From Mantamonas sphyraenae STR306 (Eukaryota > Protista > CRuMs), in assembly GCA_026936335.1 (NCBI GenBank), contig JAPMXV010000072.1, positions 1 through 64,000 on the forward strand: DNA of 64,000 bases. Reading direction: 5' to 3'. The position numbers and the translations under genes were made by a program. Below, piece after piece: positions 10,293-21,367 of the stretch. Each line of letters opens with the position of its first letter. The stretch's first letter is position 1. A model generated the notes under the pieces. The model was not told where the DNA came from and did no database searches. It saw only the letters and a program-made list of their open reading frames with translations.

Positions 10293-12005
10293 ATGACCCA
10301 CCAGACTGACCTACGTAAGGCTGCGCTGGCAGGTGACGTGGAAACACTTGAGCAGCTGTGCAAGTCCGACGACATCCAGGTGGACACGAAGAACTCGCTG
10401 TCGCTTACGACTCTGATGGAAGCAGCTAGGCACGGACAAGCAGCATCGGTGCAGGTGCTCGTGGACCACGGCGCTGACCTAGAGGCAGCCACAAGCAGCG
10501 GCATCACTGCGCTCATGCTTGCCGCAGAGGAAGGACATGACTCCACGCTGCAGGTGCTTCTGGACGCAGGTGCACACCCCAACGCTGTGACGCGTGGCAG
10601 CAGCAAAGTCACGGCGCTGATGAAGGCCGCGACCAAAGGCAGCGCCGAAAGCGTCCTGACGCTTGTGGCAGCCGGTGCAGACACCACAATGACACGATGG
10701 GACAAACGCAACGCACTCATGCTTGCAGCCGATGCAGGTCACTACTCTGTTGTGCATGCGCTGCTGCAGGAAGCGTGCGACATCGACGCAAAATCCTCTC
10801 GCAACGAGACGGCGCTGGAGTTGGCTGTGCGTAGCGACAGTGTGCCCTCGGTGTCCTTCCTGCTCGATGCAGGGGCATCCATTCCGGCAGAGACTTCCAG
10901 TGGAGATCCGCTCCTGGTCCTGGCCGGAAACCAACCAAAGATCGTCGAGCTCCTCCTGCAGGCAGGCGTGGACGTCAACGCCGTGTCGAGCAAGGGTGAC
11001 ACTGCTCTCATCTCGCACTTGCGTCGAGGAACGCCCGAAGCCGTCAAGCTGCTGCTGGACCACGGTGCAGACGTGTCCCTGTGCGACCGCAGCGGCGCGA
11101 CGCCGATCATCGTAGCCTCCGGACGGCCCTCCAAGCAGATGGTGCAGATGCTCCTGGACCACGGTGCGTCTGTCGACAGTGGCCACCCGCACGGCATGAC
11201 GGCCACCATGGCGGCTGTGTCGGCCAAGGCGCCAGACGTTGTGCGACTGCTCTGTGAACACGGCGACTCCATCAACGCGTGTGAGAAGACCAAAGGCTCC
11301 ATGCCGTTGCACATGGCAGCCAAGGGCGGCCATTTGGACACGGTCATGGCTGTCATTGAGCTGGGAGCAGACCTCGACGCCCAGGACGGATTCGGGCACA
11401 CACCGCTCATCTACGCCGCATATAGAGGGCACGTAGACGTGCTACAAGCCCTACTGGATGCGGGATGTCGTTGGAAGGGCCAAAGTGGCAGACATGCGAT
11501 GGCACGAGCGTGTGAAGAAGGACACGCTTCCATCATCCAGCTTCTCCTTGCCCAAGGCGTCCCGGCGCAACCTCAATACGGACGCGAAGACTTTCTGCTC
11601 ATGGCTGCCAAGAGGCCACACATCGATGCCATGGTCTTGCTCCTACAGGCCGGCGCCGACCCCAATGGGCGTCCAACCTCCGACGTGACCCCGCTCACTC
11701 AAGTGCTCCATCGACATCACACCGTGGCCATGCACCTGCTCCTCGACCATGGTGCAGACATCAATGCCATGTCCACGGCGCACAAGACCACGCTGATGCA
11801 TACCTGCCGCTCAGGCAACCTCGGCGCCGTCGAAGCTCTCCTCCGCGCCGGCGCAGACGTACACATCTTGGACAACCGCGGCAATACTGCCCTGTCCCTT
11901 GTGACCAACACCCCAGCCGGACGCACCGTTGCGCTGGCCCTTCTCGACGCAGGTGCCGACGCAAACCAGCGTCCAGAACTCACTGCCGCCCTCCACTCGC
12001 AATGA
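10293..12005 (+). CDS. Ankyrin-repeat protein (~570 aa, intronless)
   Basis: About 16 ankyrin-like repeats, e.g. GITALMLAAEEGH, GHTPLIYAAYRGHVDVLQALLDAG, LLDHGADIN. ATG at 10293 lies within ORF 9918-12005. Confidence 0.9.
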   Translation: MTHQTDLRKAALAGDVETLEQLCKSDDIQVDTKNSLSLTTLMEAARHGQAASVQVLVDHGADLEAATSSGITALMLAAEEGHDSTLQVLLDAGAHPNAVTRGSSKVTALMKAATKGSAESVLTLVAAGADTTMTRWDKRNALMLAADAGHYSVVHALLQEACDIDAKSSRNETALELAVRSDSVPSVSFLLDAGASIPAETSSGDPLLVLAGNQPKIVELLLQAGVDVNAVSSKGDTALISHLRRGTPEAVKLLLDHGADVSLCDRSGATPIIVASGRPSKQMVQMLLDHGASVDSGHPHGMTATMAAVSAKAPDVVRLLCEHGDSINACEKTKGSMPLHMAAKGGHLDTVMAVIELGADLDAQDGFGHTPLIYAAYRGHVDVLQALLDAGCRWKGQSGRHAMARACEEGHASIIQLLLAQGVPAQPQYGREDFLLMAAKRPHIDAMVLLLQAGADPNGRPTSDVTPLTQVLHRHHTVAMHLLLDHGADINAMSTAHKTTLMHTCRSGNLGAVEALLRAGADVHILDNRGNTALSLVTNTPAGRTVALALLDAGADANQRPELTAALHSQ

Positions 12006-12110
12006 ACTGGAAACCCGCCTTCCACCCATCCTCCACCCCTCTCATCCTCCCACTCTCCCACCCCTCCAACCCACCCACCCACCCAAAAAAAAAAGGACAA
12101 AAACAAGAAG

Positions 12111-12182
12111 CTCTCGTACCGGGAATCGAACCCGGGGTGTGTGGGTGAGAGCCACACGAGTTACCGACTACTCCATACGAGA
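12111..12182 (-). tRNA. tRNA-Glu (CTC)
   Basis: Identical to the other two CTC copies. Confidence 0.96.
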
Positions 12183-12245
12183 TGTTCACCTCTCCCTTTC
12201 CTTCCCACACATACAATCTCGCCATACACCTTCTCGCCACCATCC

Positions 12246-12254
12246 TTGCGACCA
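12246..12254 (-). promoter_or_regulatory. TGGTCGCAA element, -72..-64 of tRNA-Glu(CTC)
   Basis: Positionally conserved upstream of the tRNA. Confidence 0.6.
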
Positions 12255-12270
12255 CACACACAACCTCCAT

Positions 12271-13638
12271 TCATTCCTCCCCCCCTATCCCCGAACCCTC
12301 CTTCTCCCGAACCCCACCCACAACAATAACCTCCCCTTGCATCTCCTCCTCCGCGCGCTCCTCCCTCCCCCCATGCCCACGCAACCCGGTGAACAACAGC
12401 GCCAGCGAAACCAACTGCACCCCAATCCCCAGCAGCGAGATCCCTACCGCCCCTCCCGCCACGTACATCGGATATCCCACTGCCGCCCCTGCTGCACGCC
12501 CGACACCCATCGCCGCCACGTACGCCATCATCATCGTGCCCGTGTACCCGGGCACCACGTCCGACGCCAGCGAGATCCCCCCCACAATCACTGCCTCGTT
12601 CCACAAGTACACCATCACCAGCATCACCACGCTCAGCTCCACGCTCCCGATCGCCTCCCCGACCGCCATCAGCCCGTACGACACCGCGCACCCCACCAGG
12701 CTCACAACCACGCTCAGCCGCCTCCCGAGCCGATCAGACACCACAGAGATCATCACAGAGCCCATTGCCTCTCCAATCCCAATCCCGCTGCTCACCAGGC
12801 CCACCTCCGTGACCCCCAGCCCAAACCGGTCCTTCAGCCACGACCCAAACGTCACAAACAGCGAATTGTACCCCATCCCGTACATAATCATCCACCCAAA
12901 CATCCACAGCGCCTTCCCGCTCCCAAACACCGCCCCGTACGATTCCCGGTAAACCTCCCCAAGCGGCCGCTTCTCCAGCCCGCTTCGCAGCACACGCAAC
13001 GTCCTCCATCGCCAGTACAGCACTCCCACAAGCACTGCATGCACACATCCAGGCACCACAAACGCTGCCAGCCACCCGCTCCCCACAAGCAGCGCCCCAA
13101 TCACAGGCAGGCCCACAATTGCGCTCAGCGCCCAGCTGGTTTCCATAATCCCTGTGAACCGCCCAATCTTGTCCGCTGGCACTCGGCTCACCACCACGCT
13201 CTGCACCGACGGCTGCGCCACATTCCACGCCAGTCCGTACAGCACACGCATTGCAAAGAACGCCCCAACCACCGGTCCCAGCAGCCCCGTCCCCACGAGA
13301 CTCACCACCAGCAGGCCCATGGCAACCACAGCCATGTTCCCATTGCCCACCACCACGTCCGCCAGAGGTCCCATCAGCGGCACCGCAAGTCCGCACAGCT
13401 CGCTGACGCTCAGTATCACCCCAAACTCCTCCGCGCTGATCCCCAGCCGTTGCGAAAGCGTGTCCACGTACGGGTACACCGTCCGCAGCCCTACATTTGC
13501 CACAAACTTGATGGACGTCGCCAACGCAATGTCCCACGGTGCAAACTGCATCTGCGTCTGCGTCCCCTCATTCGCCCGTTCTCCCTCCTTCCCGTTGGCC
13601 GTTTCGACGGACCCGACTTCCACTGTTTCCATTGCCAT
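12271..13638 (-). CDS. Major facilitator superfamily transporter
   Basis: About 12 TM segments. MFS motif A-like GPLADVVVG and SVVSDRLGRR, plus VPADKIGRFTG. Confidence 0.88.
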   Translation of the reverse strand: MAMETVEVGSVETANGKEGERANEGTQTQMQFAPWDIALATSIKFVANVGLRTVYPYVDTLSQRLGISAEEFGVILSVSELCGLAVPLMGPLADVVVGNGNMAVVAMGLLVVSLVGTGLLGPVVGAFFAMRVLYGLAWNVAQPSVQSVVVSRVPADKIGRFTGIMETSWALSAIVGLPVIGALLVGSGWLAAFVVPGCVHAVLVGVLYWRWRTLRVLRSGLEKRPLGEVYRESYGAVFGSGKALWMFGWMIMYGMGYNSLFVTFGSWLKDRFGLGVTEVGLVSSGIGIGEAMGSVMISVVSDRLGRRLSVVVSLVGCAVSYGLMAVGEAIGSVELSVVMLVMVYLWNEAVIVGGISLASDVVPGYTGTMMMAYVAAMGVGRAAGAAVGYPMYVAGGAVGISLLGIGVQLVSLALLFTGLRGHGGREERAEEEMQGEVIVVGGVREKEGSGIGGEE

Positions 13639-13702
13639 CCCCAACGCATTTCCCACTCCCACCTCCCGCCGCCCGACTCCAACAAGCGCACCTCAATCCA
13701 TC

Positions 13703-14775
13703 TCACTCTCCCTTCACATCCTTCACCTTGCCCTTGCCCTTGCCCTTGCCCTTGCCCTTGCCCTTGCCCTTGCCATGCGTGCCCGGATGCAAAAACTCAT
13801 CCACCTTCTCCGCCACATCCTCCGCCACATCCTCCACAATCTCCTTCACCTGCAGCACCCAGATTGCAATGGTCTCGAACAAAAAGAAGCTCACAAAGTT
13901 CCACACCAGGCCAATCACCGCAAGCATCTCCCGCCACCACACCCCAAACGGGTTCCCGTCAGGCGGGCATAGCATCGAGTCGTAGTCGTCGTGCAGATAC
14001 ACGCTCAGAGGCAACAGCAGCACCACGTGGTACAGAATGGCCACAGAGTACACGCACAGAAACATCTTGAACCGGTTTGCTGCAAACCACCACAAAAAGG
14101 CGGCCCTCTCGACCGTGTCAGTGTGTGACAAACCCTTCCCACGGCCCCCTCCGCCCTTGCCCACACACACACCCTTGCCCCCTTGCCCCCTTGAACCCCT
14201 TGCTCCCTTCTCATCCTCCTTCCCTACTCACCTCCGTAGCCGTGCACCGTGTACAGCGGGCGAAAGCGCCCGTTCAGCAGCCAGTAGAACGGCAAAAAGC
14301 ACATCAAAATGTGCTGCACCCAAAACGCATACACCTCCCACACGTTTTCGTACCACGACAGATCCACCCCGGCAAACGCAAAGTAGCCCTGCCAGTTGCT
14401 GTATGCATACCACGCAAACAGCACGCTCTTGCGGTCCTGCGAGTAGTTCACCACAATCAGCAGCGCCGTCATCACGTGGCACGGCTGCAACATCCAGTGC
14501 ATCATGTTTCGCACCCACCGCAGGTACAGATTCAGCAGAAACACCCCCACCAGCGCCAGCCCAATCAAATGGTCCATCACCGACATCTTATGCGGCGCGG
14601 CCTTGTACGGGCGCAGCCTCTTGAACGAGTCCTTGGTCAGGATAAACAACACCCACATCACAGGCATCACCAGCACTTCCGTACGAAAGTGATCCTTGTA
14701 CGTGAAAAAGTTGCATCGCTCCTCCTCCGACGATCCCGCAGGCAGCGTTGGTCCAAAGATTGCTTCCAGGTCCAT
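13703..14775 (-). CDS. TMEM164: TMEM164-family membrane protein
   Basis: WMLQPCHVMT, FWVQHIL, LYH...SMLCPP..PFG.WWR. Intron 14080-14231 joins ORFs 14224-14775 and 13703-14170 in frame. Confidence 0.8.
13727..13774 (-). repeat. (GGCAAG)n coding hexamer repeat giving a Gly-Lys tail on TMEM164
   Basis: About 8 CCTTGC units on the + strand. Confidence 0.9.
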
Positions 14776-14934
14776 CCTGATCCCGTTTTCTTTTTGTGGT
14801 GGTGCATGGTGCGCCGGCCCCTTTGCTCTCCCCCATCATCCACCATCTCCCCACCCTGACCCTCTCTCCACCCTGACCACCACCCCCTCACCCGACCCCC
14901 CCCAACCATTCCTGTCCCCCACCGCCCCCCAAAA

Positions 14935-16220
14935 ATGGCCACCCGCAGTCGGACAAAGGACTACAAAGAGTTCCGACGCGATGCCAACCACAGCAACGAA
15001 CGCCGCCAGCTCAGCCTGGGCAGCGACATCGAAATGGGTGACATTGGCTCGGGCTTCGAGCGCGACGACCAAGGAAATCTCCTCGCCTCTGCAGACAACA
15101 TGGCCGCCATCGCCACTCCCACCTGGATGACCTTTTCCGAGCGTGCTACCCTCGACATGGAAACCATCCAATCCAAGAGTACGAAGCCCCTTGCCCCCCT
15201 AGCACCCCTCTGCCACCCCGCCGCCACACTCTCGCTCCTCCCTCCCAAACTCCGTCCCCATCTTTCCACGCTCACACCTCCTCCACCACCCTCTGTTCCG
15301 CCACACCCTCCCACCCTACCCCTCCGCCCTCCCCACCCTCCTTTCCCTTGCAGTGCGCGAGCTCGCCAAGCTCCACATCTCCCACCTCAAGCCTGGATTC
15401 GACGAAGCGTACGTCCTCCCACCGCCCATTCCACTCCAAACTCCACCTTTCCCGCCCCGCCCCCCGCCCTCCCCGCTCCCTTTCCCCAGCCCACATGCCA
15501 CGCACCCCCTCTCCCATTCCCTCCTCCTAACCCCTACCCTTCCCCTCGTACCCTCTCCTCCACAGCGCTCGCAAGGCAGAGGAACAGAAAATCGAGATTC
15601 TCACTGCAGACATCACAAAGCTCTTCCGCCAGTGCGAAAAGAGCATCATGGCCCTCGGCGACCCCACCATCCAATCTACAAAGCAAGAGCTCAAGCTTCG
15701 CTCAAACATCCAAAAGTCCAACGCCATGGCCCTCCAGGAACTCTCCGTCGACTTTCGCAAAGCCCAGCGCGACTATCTCAAGCGCCTCAAGGCAAACGAA
15801 CTCGGCCTCACCACAGGCATGGCCTCTTCATCCTCATCTTCCACCATGCTCGGCGACGACGACCTCGACGTCGCCTCTTACGACCGCGGCTTCACCCTTG
15901 GCCAAATGGAAGTCCTCGACGACAACTCCGCCATGATCCGCGAACGCGAGGAAGAGATTGCCCAAATTGCCTCTTCCATCGAGGACCTCGCCATGATTTT
16001 CAAAGAACTCAGCATCCTCGTCGTCGATCAGGGCACCCTCATCGACCGTATCGACTACAACGTCGAACAGGCCGTCGGCCACACTGCACAGGCTGTCAAC
16101 AAGCTACGCTCCGCCTCCGCCTCCCAAAAGCGCTACCGCAACAAGATCTGCATCCTCCTCCTCCTCATCCTCTGTGGCGGCATGGCCCTCATCCTCATCG
16201 TCCGCTCTGCAAGCGGATAA
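14935..16220 (+). CDS. STX16: Qa-SNARE syntaxin-16 / Tlg2-like
   Basis: N-peptide MATRSRTKDYKEFR, SNARE motif EREEEIAQIASSIEDLAMIFKELSILVVDQGTLIDRIDYNVE, C-terminal TM. Introns 15179-15353 and 15409-15565. Confidence 0.9.
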
Positions 16221-16245
16221 TTCATTCCAACTTCCCACAACCCCC

Positions 16246-19200
16246 TCACCTCAAATTCAATCGCGGCACAAGCTTCCCCGTCTTTGTCCACCCTTTCCTC
16301 TTGCCCCCTTTTTCCTCCACCACTTTCTCTTCCTCCTCCTCAGCCTCCTCCTCCTCCTCCTCCTCCTCCTCCTCTTCCTCTTCCTCATCCCCCTCCCCAT
16401 CCTCCCTTTCCTCCTCCCCCACCAGCTCTCCGCCCTCTACCTCCACCTCCACCTCATCGCCACTGCTCTCTTCCACCCACTCCTCATCATCCTTCCTCCA
16501 GTCAAACCCTTGCAGCTCTCCGCTCGCAATCTCTCCGCTCAGCACCCCTTCCCCTTCCCCGCCGCTCTCCACCCCACTTCCGCTCCCGCTCCCCTTGCTC
16601 CCCATTCCGTACTCACCCTTGCTTTGCTTTTTGAAATACCGCGCGTCCACGTCGCTGTCCAGACGCGGAACAAACGGTGGCCTGATCTCACGGATGTTCT
16701 CCCAGTCCACCCCCTCCAGAAACGCATCCTCCAGGATCTCCTCCACCCCATTCACCCCCAGCCGCACGTCCGCCGGCGCCAGCAGTTTCTGCAGAAACTC
16801 CCAGCACGCATCAGACATCCCAAACCCCGCCGCTCGCATCTCCTCGCTCACCGCTGGCCGCTCCAGCTGAGCCACGTGGTCCAGCACCCTCGCCATCGTC
16901 TCCTTTGGCGTCCCGGCCTCAAATGGAGAATAACCGGCAATCATCTCGTACAAGATGCACCCCAGCGACCAGTAGTCCACCTCCATCCCGTATCCCACTC
17001 GCAAAAGGATTTCCGGCGCCATGTAGAACGGCGACCCCACCACGCTGTAGTTCAGCGACGGATCTTTAAACATACGCGGCGTGCTCATTCCGCTGCTCGC
17101 CGTGCTCCCGCGCGAGTTGGTTCGCACAAGCAGGTGTGACACTGCCTTTTCCAACTCGTCGTACCCGTTCACTGGCTTCGTCTTGTCCTTGTCTTCCTCC
17201 TCTGCTCTTTCCTGCTCCCTCCTCCCTTCGCCTCCCTCCTCCTTTCCCTCTCCCTCCCCTTCTCCCTCCTCCTCACCGTCATCCCAGTTCCTCTCCTTGC
17301 TCAGCCCAAAGTCCGTCAGTTTGATGTGGCCCGTCCGGTCAATCAGAAAGTTCTCTGGCTTCAGGTCCCGGTGGATGTACCCCAGCTGATGCAGCGTGTG
17401 CACGCTCAACAGCAATTCTGCAAAGTAGAACCGTGCGTCCACCTCCCGCAGCGCACCCACATTGTTCAGCATGTTCCGGAAATCCCCTCCCGGAATATAC
17501 TCCATCGCAAGGTACAGCGACCGGTGATCTCGGAACGAGTACAACAGCGACACGAGCCACACGCTCTGGCACGACAGCACCAGCACGTCTCGCTCTCGGA
17601 TCACAAGCGCAATCTGGTTTTTCTGCTTCATCTTGTCCCTTCTCAGCCGCTTCAGCGCAACCACTTCCCCCGTGTCCTTCTTCCGGCACAGGTGCACCGT
17701 TCCATACCCACCCTTCCCAATCGGCGCCACAACCTCAAAGTCAGACGCCTTCAGAGCACGTTCCTTACGCGACACCGGCTGCTCCGGCATCACAAGATCC
17801 TCTTTCCGCAGCTCCAGAAACTCCAGCAGCGCCTGCGTCTCCAACACCCCGGGGATTCCAAGCAGCGCTCGCATCCACGTCTCCAGCCCCTGCTTACGTG
17901 CCTTCACCGTCTCCGGATCCGACGAACCAAACACCTTTTTCGGCGGAAACTCCAGCTCCGCCACCTCCGGGAACTCCTTTGCCAGCTCCACCTGCAGCGC
18001 ATGGAACTGCCGGTACCGACGAAACACCACCGGCGAGTTGCGCGATGTCGCAAACTCCACCACCACGAGGTACATCGTGTACGACGTCTTCAGAAATTCG
18101 CTCTCCGTTTCCGTGCTTATAATCGACGGCCAGATCGGATACTTCGGCGGCTCCGTGTCCTGCGAGCTGTGCCGCCTCTTCCGTGCCTTCAGTGCAGAGC
18201 TACGCCGCGGGCTGTTTTGGAACAACGCTTGCCGCGGCGACGACGACGCCGAAGAACCCGCTGCCCCTCCCGTCTTCCGAAACAGGTCCACCACCCCGTC
18301 CGATATCCGCCTTCGATGCCTCTGGTGTGCCGCTCTGTGTGTGCGTGTGTGTGTGATTGCGTGTGTGTGTGTGTGTGCGTTGTCCCACGTGTGTCCATCC
18401 CGTCCCTGTCAGTCTTTTTGCCTTGCCGCCTTGCCTTTTCCCCGTTTCCTTCTCACCGCCCGAAATCTGGCATTTGCCTCTCTCGTCCCCACCACCATGC
18501 ACACAGCCAAATAGACACCCCACAAAATCACCCTCCCGTCCACAGTGTCCCTCTCCACATGCATCTTCCGTCGCCCACCCCCCTCGCCCTCTTGATCCCC
18601 TCCAAACACGCCACCACACCTTTGCCTCTCCAAAATCTCTCGCGCTTCACTCACCTCGCTGACGACGGGTGCAACGATGACCGCCGCGGTCCTGACGACG
18701 ACGACGACGACGACGGACCGTCCACACTGTGCGCATCGTCTGCCCCTTGCGATGTCACCGACATGCCCGGCGACTCTTTGTGCGGCGACCGCTTCGTCCC
18801 GCTCTGTACACGTGGCGGCCGCGCTGCCGAAGACGACGACGACGACGAATCGCCGCCGCCGCCGCTTCCGCTGTGCGCCAGGTCCGTTTGCTCTTGCGCC
18901 CACGCATCCACACGTCTCCTCTGCGCTACCTCGTCTTCCTCCTCCCCAGCAGACACCGTCGATCCAGACCCACTCGACCGTCGCCGCTCCTCCTCTCCGC
19001 GAATCAAACGCCGAAATTTCGCAAGCTCCCGCTTGTTCGGCAGCGTTCCCGCGCTACGCGTTTTCCGCAGGCCTGTCGCTTCTTCCCGCTGCACCTTGAT
19101 CATCGGTGAGCCCGAAGCCCCTTTGTTTGTCGAGTGCGCACGCCCGTCTCGCTTCTTGTTGGTCGTCTCCTCCACCCCGAGTAGATGCCCCTCAATCACC

Positions 19201-19343
19201 AGTTCGGTGCTCGCGTTGCTCTCGGGACTCGAGCTCAGCGGCGTCGTGTACGTCGACAACGAGTCCCGCGACACAGACTTTACCAGCGTCGCTTTTGTCA
19301 CACTCAGCGCTTCCCTACCCAGGTTTGGCGGCTTCGAGGACAT
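16246..19343 (-). CDS. AGC kinase of NDR/Dbf2 type with upstream PX domain and long disordered N-terminus
   Basis: PX: VFRRYRQFHAL...FPPKKVFG...RKQGLETWM. Kinase: GKGGYG, HRDLKPEN, DFG followed by a long insert, SVVGSPFYMAPE. ORF 18651-19397 splices in frame through intron 18335-18654. Confidence 0.85.
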
Positions 19344-19383
19344 CGCGTTTGTTGTTGCCGCCGCCGCGCACCCACCCCTCCCT

Positions 19384-21367
19384 TCACCTGACCCCACTCG
19401 CCACCATCCGCATCACCTGGCCCGCCACTGCACTGCCCACAAGTGCTGCTCCTGCAGAAAGGAGCCGCACATCCACAACAACTCCCAGCAGCCGCGCACG
19501 CTTGTCGTACCGCCGCATGTGCTCCCACATCACAGTCAACAGCTCCAGCAGACGCTCCCCGTTCTTCCTTCGTTCCTCTTTCACCATCTCCGAGTACGTG
19601 CACACCGGCGCATCCAGCTGCGGCTGTCCACGTCCGTCTTCTCCGTACACGTCGATCTGCACATGACCCTCTCCTCCAACCATCGCAAGCAGCGGCATCA
19701 TCACACCCCCCTCACCATCTTCCGCTGCACTACCCACGTCCAACGCACCCCCAAGCATCGTCGATCGTTCGCTGTTGCCCCTCGCCCCGCGCACCTCGTT
19801 CTCTCCCAACGCCAGATGCGCCACCAGGTTGCCCAGCATCAGCTCGTCCCTCGTCATGATCCCGTTGATGCCCAGCGCACACGGAAGCGACAGCACCAGG
19901 TTGCCCGAGTTCACAACCATCAGGAACAGCGACGTCAACACAAACTGCCCTTGCGACGACGACGGTCCCGCAATCACAGACACAAGCACCAGCAGAGCAA
20001 GCACAACCTCAATCACCACGCTCAGTCCAATCAGAAACTGGATCCACAGCACCTCGTGCTCCATGTCCATCTGCATCCACTCACGCAGCCGAAACCACCC
20101 TTGCAGGTTCTCCTTGTTCTGCACATCCAGCTGGGGCTCGTTCTCCTTCATCGTCCATCGCAGACGCGACTTCATCCCCAATTCCATTGGCGACGACGTC
20201 CTGTTCATCTCCAGCAGCGCAGACAGCCGTTTCCATCGCACTAGCCACGTCGCGTACACCACCGTCGGCACGCTCGTCATCAGCAGCCCAAAGAACAGTT
20301 GGCCAAACGTCGCTAGCAGTGCCACACGCAGGTACACCACAACCGTCTGCTGCGGCTCCGGCACCTCTGGCACAGAGAACATCCACGAGAAAAACACATC
20401 CGGCGGGATCGCCCACTGGTACAGCGACACCAGCGCAGTCTCACTTTCCCCTGCCGGCGAAACAAGAGGAAGCAGCACAAACACCACACACACTCCCCCG
20501 ATCACAAGTGCCGTCACCGTAGCAAACACGGCCAGCATCACACTTCGCGCGTTCCCGTACACGTGATCTCGCAACGCCGCAAGCGTCACCTCGTGCTCTC
20601 GCACCTTGATGTGGTCCTTCCCCGCCTCAAACGGATAGAGGAGCTTTACCGTGTCCCTCCGCACCTCCAGCCACGTCTGCTCAAGCTTCCTCGCCCGCGG
20701 CTTGTCACCCCAAATCGAAGTCAGGCTCAGAAAGAACGACGGGAGCACAAATGTGTGCAGCGTCACCCACAGCACAAACGGAAGGTACGTCACCTCCCAT
20801 CCAATTTGAGCCTGCACCTGCTTCAGCGCCTCTGGGTACACCACCAGCTGCCGTGCACACTCCAGCACTGCCGCCACTCCCAAAAATCCAAACTCATACA
20901 GGTAGTTTGCGCCTGCCATCAAGAGCAGGAAGCTCAGCAGGCCCATCGGCAGCCACAGCCGCAACGTCACCGCCGAAATGTCGCTCTCAGGCCGACTCCC
21001 GAAAACAAACCTCCGCACCGCATCATCCACACGCCGTGTGCCCACCAACGACACCATCCAGCACAGCCAAAACACAAACACAAACACCAGCACTGCCGCC
21101 GTCACGTACGTGTTCAGAAACACAAGAAACGACAACACCAGCCCAATCAGCGGAACTCCAAACGCTCCGAACAGCTGCATCGCCACAAAGATCCCAACCC
21201 GTTTCCCACACACCTGTAACATCATCGTTTGCACCGACCCAGACGCAACCCGTCCCGGGATCCGCAACGCCTGCGTCAGCATCTCACCTCTCTTTCCGTG
21301 CCTGCGCCCACGCACCCAGCATCGCACGGCACATTCTTACCGAGGAACGGAGGCTGCCTCTTGTCAT
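19384..21367 (-). CDS. Polytopic membrane protein with PHTF-like (7TMIC-type) C-terminal region
   Basis: 647-aa ORF with many TMs. ENLQGWFRLREWM and DKRARLLGVVVDVRLL..GSAVAG resemble the PHTF motifs NIK.WLSLRSYL and PFRLYGL...LSAVSG. The 5' exon (GTAAGA donor at 21340) and start are uncertain. Confidence 0.6.

Noticed and set aside
8837-12182. Repeated 72-bp units as CRISPR repeats, SINEs or LTRs
   Set aside because: They are complete, identical tRNA-Glu genes with terminators. There are no spacers, tails, target-site duplications or RT/integrase ORFs.
18651-19397. ORFs 18651-19397, 4962-5531, 26040-26924, 29171-29551 and 34755-35735 as standalone genes
   Set aside because: Each has a strong splice donor near its end that joins in phase to the downstream ORF, so they were treated as first exons.
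11929-20244. Long antisense or alternative-frame ORFs (e.g. 11929-14070, 15353-16870, 17326-20244)
   Set aside because: His/Pro/Arg-rich shadow ORFs expected from high GC and strong C skew opposite real genes.
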